From the sequence record MW349128.1: a stretch of DNA of 64,000 nucleotides. One strand, written 5' to 3'. Below, one piece after another: positions 55,360-64,000 of this stretch (position 1 is the stretch's first letter; each line of letters starts with the position of its first letter). The DNA comes from Staphylococcus phage Machias. The notes below the pieces were generated by a model, which saw only the letters and a program-made list of their open reading frames with translations, had not been told where the DNA came from and searched no databases. A program made the position numbers and the translations under genes.

Positions 55360-57276
55360 CTAACCATTAATAATTTTAAAAATATTTTCGTTCAATAGAT
55401 TTTGTTCTAATCTATCTTCATTCATTAGCATTTCTTTTAATTCTTTTTCACTTTTATCTTCAAAATCAATAGTTTTTCCATTGATAATTAATGATGATTC
55501 ACTAACTTTAATTTCTTTATTGATATTAAGATCATTGATATTTTCACTTAAAGCTTTTTTGAATTTTTCTTCATCTTTATTAGGTACATTTTCATAAGCT
55601 TCAAAAACAATATCTTCATAGAATTCTTCTAAAGACTCTTGATGACCTTCATATAATACTTCATCTTTATTTTTCATTTCAGCATTAATTGATTCTTCTA
55701 ATTGTTCTAGATCAACTTCATTATTATTAAGTTCCTCTTTTACACTATGATCAACTTCATCTAAAGGATTTAAAAAGTTTTCTAAAATTCCATTTAGTGA
55801 TTCATTAGTGACACGTTGTAATAATTGAGTATTGAATTCTTCTTTAAGTGAATCAAAATCAATTTCATTACTAGTGTAAAGTTCTTTAAGTAATTTATTT
55901 CCTTTAGGAGCTACAACAATTACTTTCTTAAATCCTTTACCAAAGTCAACTTTATCTACAAGTAAAGAAGATGGATTATATACAGAAGGAGTTTGTGAAT
56001 AAGATTCTTTAGATACAACTATATCTACACGTTTACCTAATGATTCGGAAATTGTAGTTGCATATCTTAATAAATCTTTAGGTGAAAATTCTTCATTAGT
56101 TTCAAATTCATTAATAACTTTAGTTTTAAATTCAACATCATCAGAACCACAATTTTCACAAACTAATTCAGCTTCATTAACGTTAGGGTCAACTTCTTCT
56201 TGAACACCACACTCATTACAGATAACTTCTCCAATTTCTTTTTCTTGTTTAATCGCTTCATTCATATCTTTGCTACAATTTTCACAGATTAATTCATTGG
56301 ATTCATTAAGAGAAAGTTTACTACCACAATCTTCACAAATTTGTTGACCGTTTTTAATTTTTCCAGTTTCATTTAATAATCCACGCATAGTTTCAATTGA
56401 TTCATTAGTAACAAAAATTTGTTTTCTACTTTTAGATTCTAATTTAAAAGTATTTAAAATGGATTCACTAATTTTCTTAACTTCACCATTAAAAGCTTTT
56501 ACAATAGCAGTATCGTAATTTTCATTTACTTTAACAAAAGGAAATGCTTTATTTTCCTCATCTACGTAAGTTTCATTCGCAACAATATTTTTACTTTGAT
56601 TTTTTACTTCACTAGATTCAGGTGTACCTATTGTATATCCTACTTCGGCATCAGTATCTAACAAAGCATTTTTTAAATCTACAAAAGTAAATTCAGGTTT
56701 AGGGTCTTTATCGTATAAATAAGTTTCAGTAACTGCTCCTCCAACACTAGCTGTACCGTTAGCTGTTGACATTCCTCCATCACTAACAGAAGGTGCTGAA
56801 GTACTTGCACTAGATGTATTAACTCCATAAGTTGAATGAGGACCAAAAGTAGTAGGAACTACCATTTGAGAATCTAAGAATTTAGCTCTTAATTCAGTAT
56901 AACCAGGTTGTGTTTCTTCTTCATCTTCTTTATCATCTTCATTAAATAAAAGATTTTCTTGAACGTCATTATTTGCAGTATCAACATCAATTACTTCATC
57001 TTTATCTAAGATAATAGGATTATCGTATTCAGGATCATCAGAATCAATAATTTTTACATTATCTTCTTCTTCAGCATCTTCTATTTCATCAAGATCATCA
57101 GATTCCTCATCATCAATTTCTTCTTCATTGATTAATTTATTGAAAGTTTCTTCAATTTCTTCATCATCTTCAGGAATATCTCTTTTTAATTCCTCATCAT
57201 TACTATCTAAATCATTTCCTTCATATAAAAACATATCTTCTTCATTTAAATCTGTTTTATTTATTTTTTTAGACAT
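55360..57276 (-). CDS. acidic protein with tandem Zn-ribbon motifs (CEDCGSK...CENC, CNECG...CENCG)
   Basis: four CxxC pairs; D/E-rich N-terminus; Zn-ribbon paralogous to 60340(-). Confidence 0.5.
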   Translation of the reverse strand: MSKKINKTDLNEEDMFLYEGNDLDSNDEELKRDIPEDDEEIEETFNKLINEEEIDDEESDDLDEIEDAEEEDNVKIIDSDDPEYDNPIILDKDEVIDVDTANNDVQENLLFNEDDKEDEEETQPGYTELRAKFLDSQMVVPTTFGPHSTYGVNTSSASTSAPSVSDGGMSTANGTASVGGAVTETYLYDKDPKPEFTFVDLKNALLDTDAEVGYTIGTPESSEVKNQSKNIVANETYVDEENKAFPFVKVNENYDTAIVKAFNGEVKKISESILNTFKLESKSRKQIFVTNESIETMRGLLNETGKIKNGQQICEDCGSKLSLNESNELICENCSKDMNEAIKQEKEIGEVICNECGVQEEVDPNVNEAELVCENCGSDDVEFKTKVINEFETNEEFSPKDLLRYATTISESLGKRVDIVVSKESYSQTPSVYNPSSLLVDKVDFGKGFKKVIVVAPKGNKLLKELYTSNEIDFDSLKEEFNTQLLQRVTNESLNGILENFLNPLDEVDHSVKEELNNNEVDLEQLEESINAEMKNKDEVLYEGHQESLEEFYEDIVFEAYENVPNKDEEKFKKALSENINDLNINKEIKVSESSLIINGKTIDFEDKSEKELKEMLMNEDRLEQNLLNENIFKIING

Positions 57277-57314
57277 ATTAAAATTCTCCTTTATTTTCTG
57301 TATTTTACAGTTTA

Positions 57315-58583
57315 TTATTTTTTAAATTTAGATTCAATATTATTTTTTATAATAAATAATATGCATGGTAATAATATATAATCTTCCATATCTAATTCAA
57401 ACTTATCATCATAATACTTAAATATTTTATCAAGAATTTTTTCATCAATATTATCTTTTTGTAAATAAAGTACAATTAATTTATAACGTTCATCAAGATC
57501 AGTTAAACTATTTACACCTTGATAATCTTCATTAATTCTATTAATCTTACTTATATTAGATAATTCGGTGAAATCATTCATATCATTTAATATTTTTGTA
57601 TCATGAAGAACTTTATTCATAAAGTTAATCTCCAAATATTTCTCTCTAAACATCTTTAAAAAGTTATCTTTAGTTTCATTTAAAGTTATTATATTAGGTA
57701 ATTCTTTTCTATCTTTCAATCTTTCATATAAAGAATATTTATAATTCTTTTGGTTTATTCTTTCATTTTTAGGATTTTTATCTTTATAAGGCATTATGTT
57801 TGATAAGTAGGTACTAGACTTTACTAATAAATTATTATCGTATATAAATCTAGATAAATTTAAATCTATATATTTTATATTTGCTACTGCACTAATTTCA
57901 TCTTCATAATAAATGAATGTATTTAATGAAGAATTATAGAAATTATCAATAATTAACGCAGATATTTCATCGGAGTATTTAATACTATTATTAACTTGAT
58001 AGAAATCTTCTTCTAATATTAATGATTTATTATCTGTACCAATATTAGAAAATACAGTTCTATAAGTATTAGAAACTTGTCTTTCAATATCTTCTGTATT
58101 TACATTAAAATTCTGGTAACTTATTTTATAATATGATGAATTTTCTAATGAACTCATTTCTACATTATTTACTCTATATATTCTACTAGTTGCATTTTCT
58201 TTAGATTGATACTGAAATACAATAAAATCATCTGGAAGAGGTTCAATAGTTCCAGGTAATATTACAGCTTCACTTTCTAAATCTTTTTCAGTTCCCCACT
58301 CTTCATCCCATTCTATAGTAGGATTCATTTCAGTAACAGAATATATAGGAAAATCTTTTAATTTATTATATTTAAGTGGAGAATTATCTCCAACAATTTC
58401 TTCAACATTATCTAATGATCTATCTGAGGTTGAGTTCTCATGATCTTTACTGTAATAAGTAACAAAACTAGGAGCTCCAGCTTGGAATTTACTATACTTT
58501 TCAGTACCTGAAAGATATGAAGATACATAACTATTTACAATATCTTTCGGTTGAAGATCATCATTACTAATAAAATAACCCAT
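57315..58583 (-). CDS. hypothetical protein (422 aa)
   Basis: ORF with RBS aagtgaggaaaa. Confidence 0.5.
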   Translation of the reverse strand: MGYFISNDDLQPKDIVNSYVSSYLSGTEKYSKFQAGAPSFVTYYSKDHENSTSDRSLDNVEEIVGDNSPLKYNKLKDFPIYSVTEMNPTIEWDEEWGTEKDLESEAVILPGTIEPLPDDFIVFQYQSKENATSRIYRVNNVEMSSLENSSYYKISYQNFNVNTEDIERQVSNTYRTVFSNIGTDNKSLILEEDFYQVNNSIKYSDEISALIIDNFYNSSLNTFIYYEDEISAVANIKYIDLNLSRFIYDNNLLVKSSTYLSNIMPYKDKNPKNERINQKNYKYSLYERLKDRKELPNIITLNETKDNFLKMFREKYLEINFMNKVLHDTKILNDMNDFTELSNISKINRINEDYQGVNSLTDLDERYKLIVLYLQKDNIDEKILDKIFKYYDDKFELDMEDYILLPCILFIIKNNIESKFKK

Positions 58584-58668
58584 TAATTTTCCTCACTTTC
58601 TTATTATTATTATTATTTATACGATATGTTAATGTTAACATTAAATTTATATAAAAAATAATAATAAA

Positions 58669-59667
58669 ATGAGGGAAGATACTATGTTAGAGATGAAAGA
58701 ATATGAAATAGATTTTGTTAAAGAATCAATTTCTTTTTATGAAGTAATTAATGAAGAAGAATCTTCAAATAAAAATAAAAAGAGTGTATTAGAAAAGATT
58801 AAGAAAATGCTTTTAAAAATTAAAAATTTCTTAGTAAATATTTATAAGAAATTCAAGAAATTTATAGTTAATCTAATTAATAAAATTAAAGATTATTCTA
58901 AGAAAGAGGAAGCATATATAGCTGAAATAGATAAAGTTAAAAAAGAAAATGAAAAAATTAAAAAAGCAAATTCAAGTAATTATATTATTCATGCTTCAGA
59001 GAAAAAAGAAATTAATGATAAAATAATGTCTAAGAAAAAAGCTTTAAGTGAAATTAAAATAAGAGATGGTTATGAAGGATTAATCGAAAAAGGTAATATA
59101 GGATTATTAAAAGAACTTTATACATTAACTGAAATTAAATATTTCTTTATGTCATTAAAAGGTGAAGTTGATATAAACAGTTCAGAAAAAGAAGTTAAAA
59201 AAAGTGTAAAACACTTAGATGAATTAATATCTGATTATAGAAATTATAAGAGTTCTTTAAAAACTATTTCAGCTGAAGAAGCAATTAATGAAACTAATGC
59301 TAGTGATATTAAATATTATAGTATGAAAAAAATTGATAGCTTCACAAATGAATTAAAATTATTCTCTAAAGATATGGATAAAATTTATAAAGAAGTTGAA
59401 GGAGAACTTAATGAGGATTTAGAAAGAGCAGAGTATTGTATTAAAGCAGTTAAGAATCCAGAATCAATTATAACTAAAGAAGACATAGATGAACTTAATA
59501 TGTTTATTGCATCAAATAGAAAGAAATTAACTTATATTAATTTCTTAAATACTGAGATTTCTTATATTATTCCTACAATTGTAACTGAAAGAAAAAATAT
59601 TCTTAAAGCAGTCAAACTAGGTATAGAAATTGAAACGTTACAAAATAAATTAAAATTAATTAAATAA
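58669..59667 (+). CDS. hypothetical coiled-coil protein (332 aa)
   Basis: RBS gagggaag. Confidence 0.5.
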   Translation: MREDTMLEMKEYEIDFVKESISFYEVINEEESSNKNKKSVLEKIKKMLLKIKNFLVNIYKKFKKFIVNLINKIKDYSKKEEAYIAEIDKVKKENEKIKKANSSNYIIHASEKKEINDKIMSKKKALSEIKIRDGYEGLIEKGNIGLLKELYTLTEIKYFFMSLKGEVDINSSEKEVKKSVKHLDELISDYRNYKSSLKTISAEEAINETNASDIKYYSMKKIDSFTNELKLFSKDMDKIYKEVEGELNEDLERAEYCIKAVKNPESIITKEDIDELNMFIASNRKKLTYINFLNTEISYIIPTIVTERKNILKAVKLGIEIETLQNKLKLIK

Positions 59668-59674
59668 TAATAAT

Positions 59675-59706
59675 ATCCCAATACCTATTAATTTAGGTAT
59701 TGGGAT
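59675..59706. terminator. bidirectional terminator, conserved family (ATCCCAATACCT / ATTAATTT / AGGTATTGGGAT)
   Basis: between convergent genes; identical core to 47725. Confidence 0.75.
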
Positions 59707-59711
59707 AATTT

Positions 59712-60302
59712 TTATAAACCGAATTCTTTATCTAAAGATTCTTCTAAAGAATCTAATTCTTTTTTATTATCATTTTCTTCTTTATTTTCTTCAGATAAAA
59801 TTTGCTCTGTAACGCCTTCTAAATATTCAAATAATTTGTCTTCAAAATCTTCATTAATACCTAATTCTTCCATACTTTCATTAACTGATTTAGATTTCTT
59901 AGGTTTTTTATCTGCTTTAGTTGTTTTAAATATTTTTAATAAATCTTTTCCATGTTTATTTTGGAATGATACAGCTTCTTGCATTGTTCCGAAACGATTA
60001 TAAATAAAAACGCTTCTATCAAAGAAACTCTGCTTACCATTAGGTTTAGTAAAAGAAAATACTAAACTTAATTCGTAATCTATAGTATGAGAATCCTTAC
60101 GTGTAGTAGCATGTGTAAATAATTTAGCGTCAGAATAATTTATCTTATAGCCTTTTTTAACTTCAATACTGTATTTCTTTTTAGCTACACGTACAGCAAA
60201 TTTTTCTTTAATTTCTTCAGGAGTTAATCCTATAAAAATTTTTCTAGCTACTTTTTTAGCTTTATCTAATTTTTTACCTTCTTGAATGTAAATATCTTCC
60301 AT
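59712..60302 (-). CDS. hypothetical protein (196 aa); C-terminus ...LDSLEESLDKEFGL duplicated at the N-terminus of 60340(-)
   Basis: ORF with RBS aaaaggtaggaaat. Confidence 0.5.
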   Translation of the reverse strand: MEDIYIQEGKKLDKAKKVARKIFIGLTPEEIKEKFAVRVAKKKYSIEVKKGYKINYSDAKLFTHATTRKDSHTIDYELSLVFSFTKPNGKQSFFDRSVFIYNRFGTMQEAVSFQNKHGKDLLKIFKTTKADKKPKKSKSVNESMEELGINEDFEDKLFEYLEGVTEQILSEENKEENDNKKELDSLEESLDKEFGL

Positions 60303-60339
60303 AATTTATTTCCTACCTTTTTTTTATTTTTAATAATTA

Positions 60340-61383
60340 TTAGTTTAAAAAGAATTCTTCATTCAATTTATTTTCTAATTCTTCTACCACTTTATCATCT
60401 TCATCAATTTTAGGTTTTTTATCGGGAGCTTTCTTAAAGATAGAAATAAATTTATTTCCATTACTTTGAGCCCATTTTTGTGCTTCTTTGAAACGGTCTG
60501 CAACTATTCCAATAGGTATTCTTCTAATTTTATCTTTACCTTTATATTTAATAGGTACCTCTAAAGCGGCATTTTTACCACCAGTACGTTTGGCTACAAC
60601 TACAGCATTACCTGAATCAATTCTAATGCCTTTACTTTTAGCTTTTATTTTAAAATTCATACAAGCTTTAGCAAAATCCGCTTCAAGAGTATCAGGTTCA
60701 ACAATTCCTTCTTGAACTGCAACATCGGAAGTGTTACCACATTCTTCGCATACTAATTGACCTGATTCATTTGGAGACATTTTAGACCCACATTCTTCAC
60801 AAATAGGTTCTTCTTTATCAGTATCAATATCACGATTTAATTCTTCATTTAATTTTTTCTTACTATTTTTCAATTTTTCTTTATATTCTTTAAGCTTTCT
60901 TTTTTTCTCTTTTCTATCTTTAGTATTTCTAATATCCTCAATATCTTTTTGAAGTTCTAGTTTTAATTTATCTTTCTTAATTCTACTTTCAGCAGCTTTT
61001 TTAGCTTCATCTGAAGGTTTCATTTTTTTAAGTTCAGGGAATACAGATGATTTATTTCTATTCATTAAGCTTTCATATTGTCCGCCAGATGCAATATTTC
61101 TATTAACTCTAATTACAGCAAAGTCTCTTTCTGTGTTTTCTCCACTAACTAGGTTTTTACATTTTACTTCTAAGTTTATATTAACTCCCGCATAAACAAA
61201 TTTACTAGGTTGAAAGTTAGCATAACCTTGTTTAGTTAATCTATCAATTCCTTTTTGATATTGATTTATAATAACGCCTTTTAAATCATTAAAAAGGTTT
61301 TGTTCTGGGTTTTCATTAACTAATCCAAATTCTTTATCTAAAGATTCTTCTAAAGATTTTAAATTCATATTTAATTTCCTCAT
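60340..61383 (-). CDS. Zn-ribbon protein (CEECGSKMSPNESGQLVCEECG); N-terminus MRKLNMNLKSLEESLDKEFGL
   Basis: ORF with RBS gagg; Zn-ribbon paralogous to 55360(-); immediately downstream of the RNAP beta gene. Confidence 0.5.
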   Translation of the reverse strand: MRKLNMNLKSLEESLDKEFGLVNENPEQNLFNDLKGVIINQYQKGIDRLTKQGYANFQPSKFVYAGVNINLEVKCKNLVSGENTERDFAVIRVNRNIASGGQYESLMNRNKSSVFPELKKMKPSDEAKKAAESRIKKDKLKLELQKDIEDIRNTKDRKEKKRKLKEYKEKLKNSKKKLNEELNRDIDTDKEEPICEECGSKMSPNESGQLVCEECGNTSDVAVQEGIVEPDTLEADFAKACMNFKIKAKSKGIRIDSGNAVVVAKRTGGKNAALEVPIKYKGKDKIRRIPIGIVADRFKEAQKWAQSNGNKFISIFKKAPDKKPKIDEDDKVVEELENKLNEEFFLN

Positions 61384-61420
61384 TTCTTTAATATTTATAA
61401 TAATATTGTGTTAAATAATA

Positions 61421-61453
61421 ATATCCCAATGATCAATATAATCATTGGGATAT
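61421..61453. terminator. terminator hairpin, variant of the conserved family (ATATCCCAATGAT / loop / ATCATTGGGATAT)
   Basis: 13-bp stem 6 nt after the RNAP beta stop on the minus strand. Confidence 0.7.
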
Positions 61454-61458
61454 GTGAA

Positions 61459-62217
61459 TTAAATCATATCTTTTACTTTACGTTTTAATTCTATTAAAGC
61501 TTTATTTGTGAATAGCATCATATAAATATCAACTGTCATACGAGAGACAATACTTAATGGAGAGAATACAGCTTCGATTTCCTCATCAGGTCTATATTCC
61601 GCATAAGGAGATTCATTTGGAGGAGTTACATCAGCAACTACAGTTTTACAAGCTCCATAGAAACTAATTTTATCTCCAACACTCATATCATCTTCATACT
61701 CAGTGAAGATTTCAATAAGAACTCCATCAACTTTTTCTCCTTTAATTTTCTCTGTATTAATTTTATCAACTGCAGCGATATCTACATCAATACCAGGTAA
61801 AGTTTCTTTATTATTTTTAATTCCAGATTTATACTCTTTATATTTATCATTTGATTTTTTAATGTAATTATTAACTAATTTAGCTAAACTATCAGTCATA
61901 TTTTCAATATCATCATTATAATAAATATTAATCTTTTTAATATTACCTGTATATTTACTTCTAACAGCTCGGTTAGCTATATCTTGAATATCTTGTTCAA
62001 ATTCACTACCAATTTTATCTAATAAAGAACCAATACCTTCTTCATCGAATGAAGTTTCAAATATCATTAAAGGATCTCCTGTACGTACTTTCTGACCTTC
62101 TTTAACTATATATTGAATATTTGTGTTTGATGGAATATTTACTGTTTTCTTCATAGTAACTTTAGTAGACATTGCTTCAGACATACTACTAGAAATAATA
62201 GAACTATCTTCATAAGT
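61459..62217 (-). CDS. multisubunit RNA polymerase beta-like subunit, last exon in window (TYEDSSIISS ... GDKISFYGACKTVV ... PLSIVSRMTVDIYMM)
   Basis: aligns to E. coli beta NFEDSILVSE ... GDKMAGRHGNKGVIS ... PLGVPSRMNIGQILE; the polypeptide stops shortly after the SRM motif, so the beta C-terminus is missing or encoded elsewhere. Confidence 0.75.
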   Translation of the reverse strand, partial: TYEDSSIISSSMSEAMSTKVTMKKTVNIPSNTNIQYIVKEGQKVRTGDPLMIFETSFDEEGIGSLLDKIGSEFEQDIQDIANRAVRSKYTGNIKKINIYYNDDIENMTDSLAKLVNNYIKKSNDKYKEYKSGIKNNKETLPGIDVDIAAVDKINTEKIKGEKVDGVLIEIFTEYEDDMSVGDKISFYGACKTVVADVTPPNESPYAEYRPDEEIEAVFSPLSIVSRMTVDIYMMLFTNKALIELKRKVKDMI

Positions 62218-62397
62218 CATTTATATTAGCTATTATATTTTTATAATAGATTAGACTATATCAAATTCATTAGTATTAATGAATAATCATATTTAGTCGT
62301 TGAACTCTATAAATGTAGAGATGCTGATTAATTTAATATTTCTCAGCAATTAATAATTTTTTGACATTACATTACTATAATGAAAGGCATTTATAAT
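62218..62397 (-). mobile_element. group I intron Z (~180 nt, no ORF), interrupting the GYNFEDA-motif region of beta
   Basis: minus-strand cores TTAATTGCTGAGAAAT / AATCAGCATC / GTTCAACGACTAAATATG / GATATAGTCTAATC plus P9 hairpin; omega-G is the G of the ATG at 62218. Confidence 0.65.
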
Positions 62398-62799
62398 ACC
62401 ATATGAGCTAGCTACAGATACTTTAGATAATTTACCTGAAGTGAATTGAATATCATTATTTTTACCAGATCCAGCAAAGAAATTATTATTTTTAGCAAGT
62501 ATTTGACCTTTATTAAAAGTGTCATCTACATTAAATTGTGGATCAAGTTTATTAGATTGATAAAAACCTGAGTTAGAGTTTTTGGCTAATTTTTCAGATA
62601 TATCAACAATATCTTTTTCACCATTGATATATTCCACTGTCATTAAACCAGTTTTCTCGTTAATTTTTAATACTTTACCATCTTGTTTAGCTTTAAAAGC
62701 AAATGTATCTGATAATTGATAAGCTAAAGATTTATCAACACCAGATCCAACTAATGGTTTACTATTAGTTTTTGTTGGAATTACGTGCTTGGCTTGAGT
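62398..62799 (-). CDS. RNAP beta-like subunit, exon (TQAKHVIPTKTNSKPLVGSGVDKSLAYQLSD ... KGQILAKNN ... SSYG)
   Basis: aligns to E. coli beta [29 protein letters not shown] ... RGDVLADGPS ... WNGYN. Confidence 0.75.
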
Positions 62800-63011
62800 C
62801 AGATTATCTTAATACACTTTGTTTATTGTGTATTAGTTCTTAATGAACTTCTTTAAAATAAATTAAAGCTGAGACTATATCAAATACCATTTAGGTATAA
62901 TCTTATTTAGTCGTTGAACAATTTGATTGATGCTGATTAATTTAATTATTATTTTCTCAGCAATTAAAGATTTTTCTATTATTATATTACTATAATAAAG
63001 GGCATTCATAT
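62800..63011 (-). mobile_element. group I intron Y (~212 nt, no ORF)
   Basis: minus-strand TTAATTGCTGAGAAAAT / AATCAGCATCAATC / GTTCAACGACTAAATAAG / GATATAGTCTCAGC; 5' leader region ATATGAATGCCCTTTATTATAGTAAT shared with intron Z. Confidence 0.65.
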
Positions 63012-63176
63012 ACCAGTCATTCCTATACGTGGACTATCTGCATGTTTTGAGCTGAATGGGTTGAGCAATTCTAATGGAGTGTATAGAGATGTATCACTCG
63101 CATCTTTCTTACCGCCATCTGTATAACCTCTAGTGGATTTAATTAGTGAATCATATGAAAGCTGTCTGACCACTCC
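63012..63176 (-). CDS. RNAP beta-like subunit, exon (…LELLNPFSSKHADSPRIGMTG ~ E. coli SLIPFLEHDDANRALMGAN); 5' boundary unresolved
   Basis: relatively GC-rich conserved segment; joins to the next exon as MTG-TQAKHVIP ~ MGANMQRQAVP. Confidence 0.55.
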
Positions 63177-64000
63177 TCAAATATCTTCAATAATGGGCGT
63201 TAACCATTACCAGTTCTCTTATGAACTTCTTTAGGATTTCCCTAAAAGTTGAGACTATATCAAATACCATCAATTAATGGTATAGTTCTTTTTCCACTCA
63301 CTTGAGTGTACTCTACTTCATCAAATATATCTTTGAAATAATTTTTATTAAAATCAGTGTAATAATCTTTTTCATTTAATATTTTTTTATTTCTTATAAT
63401 GAGTATATTTGATTTTTCGATAGTCGTTGAACTATTTAAAATATCATGAAAGTTATCTAAAAAGAAATTGATATTATTTTTATTTATACGAATTAAAGTT
63501 AAATTATTTTTTAAACAAAAGTCATTTTTTATGTGGTCTTTTAGTGCATTTTCTTTGACATTTTCTAATTTTTGATATTTAGAATTATTTCTATACTTAA
63601 AATGTTGAACCCCATCAAATTCCAAAAGTATATTTTCGTTATTTAATGTAAATAAGAAATCAAATCTAAATCTATTAGTATTTTTAGAATAATAAAAATC
63701 ATTAAAAGACTTTTCTCTTTCATAATTTATATTATTTTCATCAAAGAATTTTCTAATTGATATTTCACCATTAGACTTAATAGCACAAATAGGACATCTG
63801 TGCCCTGCACTTACAAAACTGTTTGCACGCATCTCAAATACTTTACCACACTTATGATGTAATATTTTCATTTTAGTGAATAGATTAGTATATGTTTGTC
63901 CATCAATAAGAGAGTATTCATTTTTGCCTAAATATTCTATTTCTTTTTTAAAACTTTCAATTGTTCTTTTTTTTATATTTAGAACATTTAGGACACTTCT
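63177..64000 (-). mobile_element. group I intron X (3' part; the 5' part and P1-P6 lie beyond the window end) carrying a homing endonuclease ORF
   Basis: minus-strand GTTCAACGACTATCGAAAAA (63417..63436) and GATATAGTCTC (63249..63259) plus a P9 hairpin; 3' region homologous to intron G of polB. Confidence 0.55.
63260..64000 (-). CDS. intron-encoded homing endonuclease (homologue of 34522..35283), partial at the window edge; C-terminal coding overlaps the intron P7-P8-P7' core
   Basis: HHKCGKVFEMRANSFVSAGHRCPICA; FRFDFLFTLNNENILLEFDGVQH; open frame continues upstream of the ORF-track start 63871 (…TIESFKKEIEYLGKNEYSLIDG ~ N-terminus of 34522 ORF). Confidence 0.55.
   Translation of the reverse strand, partial: RSVLNVLNIKKRTIESFKKEIEYLGKNEYSLIDGQTYTNLFTKMKILHHKCGKVFEMRANSFVSAGHRCPICAIKSNGEISIRKFFDENNINYEREKSFNDFYYSKNTNRFRFDFLFTLNNENILLEFDGVQHFKYRNNSKYQKLENVKENALKDHIKNDFCLKNNLTLIRINKNNINFFLDNFHDILNSSTTIEKSNILIIRNKKILNEKDYYTDFNKNYFKDIFDEVEYTQVSGKRTIPLIDGI

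Noticed and set aside
3273-60715. Short ORFs antisense to, or embedded in, long genes: 3273..3530, 7365..7562, 7836..8033, 10664..10912, 11175..11402, 17751..17966, 21984..22175, 22887..23078, 27101..27295, 31603..31785, 31858..32058, 43255..43512, 46266..46478, 48500..48724, 49883..50083, 50552..50740, 53772..53963, 54785..55027, 57128..57325, 60488..60715.
   Set aside because: They have no RBS, low-complexity composition typical of random frames in AT-rich DNA, and all lie wholly inside well-supported genes on the other strand or frame.
63203-63227. Minus-strand frame encoding VHKRTGNG just 5' of the 63012..63176 beta exon, resembling the beta HKRR(L/I)SALGPGG motif, which would suggest a further micro-exon or frameshift.
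   Set aside because: It is out of frame with the exon, followed immediately by a stop, and has no intron core between. This is most likely a coincidental match inside the P9/3' region of intron X. Only cDNA data could revive it.
169-64000. CRISPR arrays or large direct/inverted-repeat mobile elements (IS, transposon).
   Set aside because: No regularly spaced direct repeats with unique spacers are present. The only repeat families are intron cores, terminator hairpins, promoter motifs and coding tandem repeats.

Overview
This window is an AT-rich (roughly 70-75% A+T by eye), densely packed fragment of a large virulent phage genome. The architecture looks like a jumbo phage. It holds a T4 gp43-like family-B DNA polymerase that is split into two separately initiated genes (N-part 32814..36389, C-part 12407..14697). 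It also holds three pieces of a highly divergent multisubunit RNA polymerase: beta-prime N-half 17806..19781, beta-prime C-half 39794..41710, and a beta gene on the minus strand running from 61459 past the window end. This is the split-RNAP organisation known from phiKZ/AR9/PBS1-like jumbo phages. These four core genes carry at least 10 compact group I intron cores, recognisable by the repeated motifs TTAATTGCTG[AG], AATCAGCATC, GTTCAACGACTAAAT and GATATAGTCTA. Three of the introns carry homing-endonuclease ORFs: one HNH and two Zn-finger/PD-(D/E)xK-like. Other calls are two SH3b-bearing lysins (a CHAP and an amidase_2) that point to a Staphylococcus-like host, two LamG paralogues, a collagen-like fibre, a Big_2-repeat virion protein, an SbcC/Rad50-like ATPase, an SF2 helicase, a MoxR-like ATPase paired with a VWA/HExxH protein, and an SSB-like protein. 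The most unusual element is a tandem array of at least 12 paralogous genes (19913..29734). Their bodies are hypervariable, but all end in a conserved C-terminal tail ~(T)DEKEIKKYLVKENFK, and smaller genes at 169..1259 carry similar tails. I also see a recurrent promoter-like motif TAAATATATATTATAAAA and a family of terminator hairpins with a conserved ATTAATTT loop. All splice junctions are approximate and inferred from protein alignment to E. coli/T4 homologues recalled from memory.
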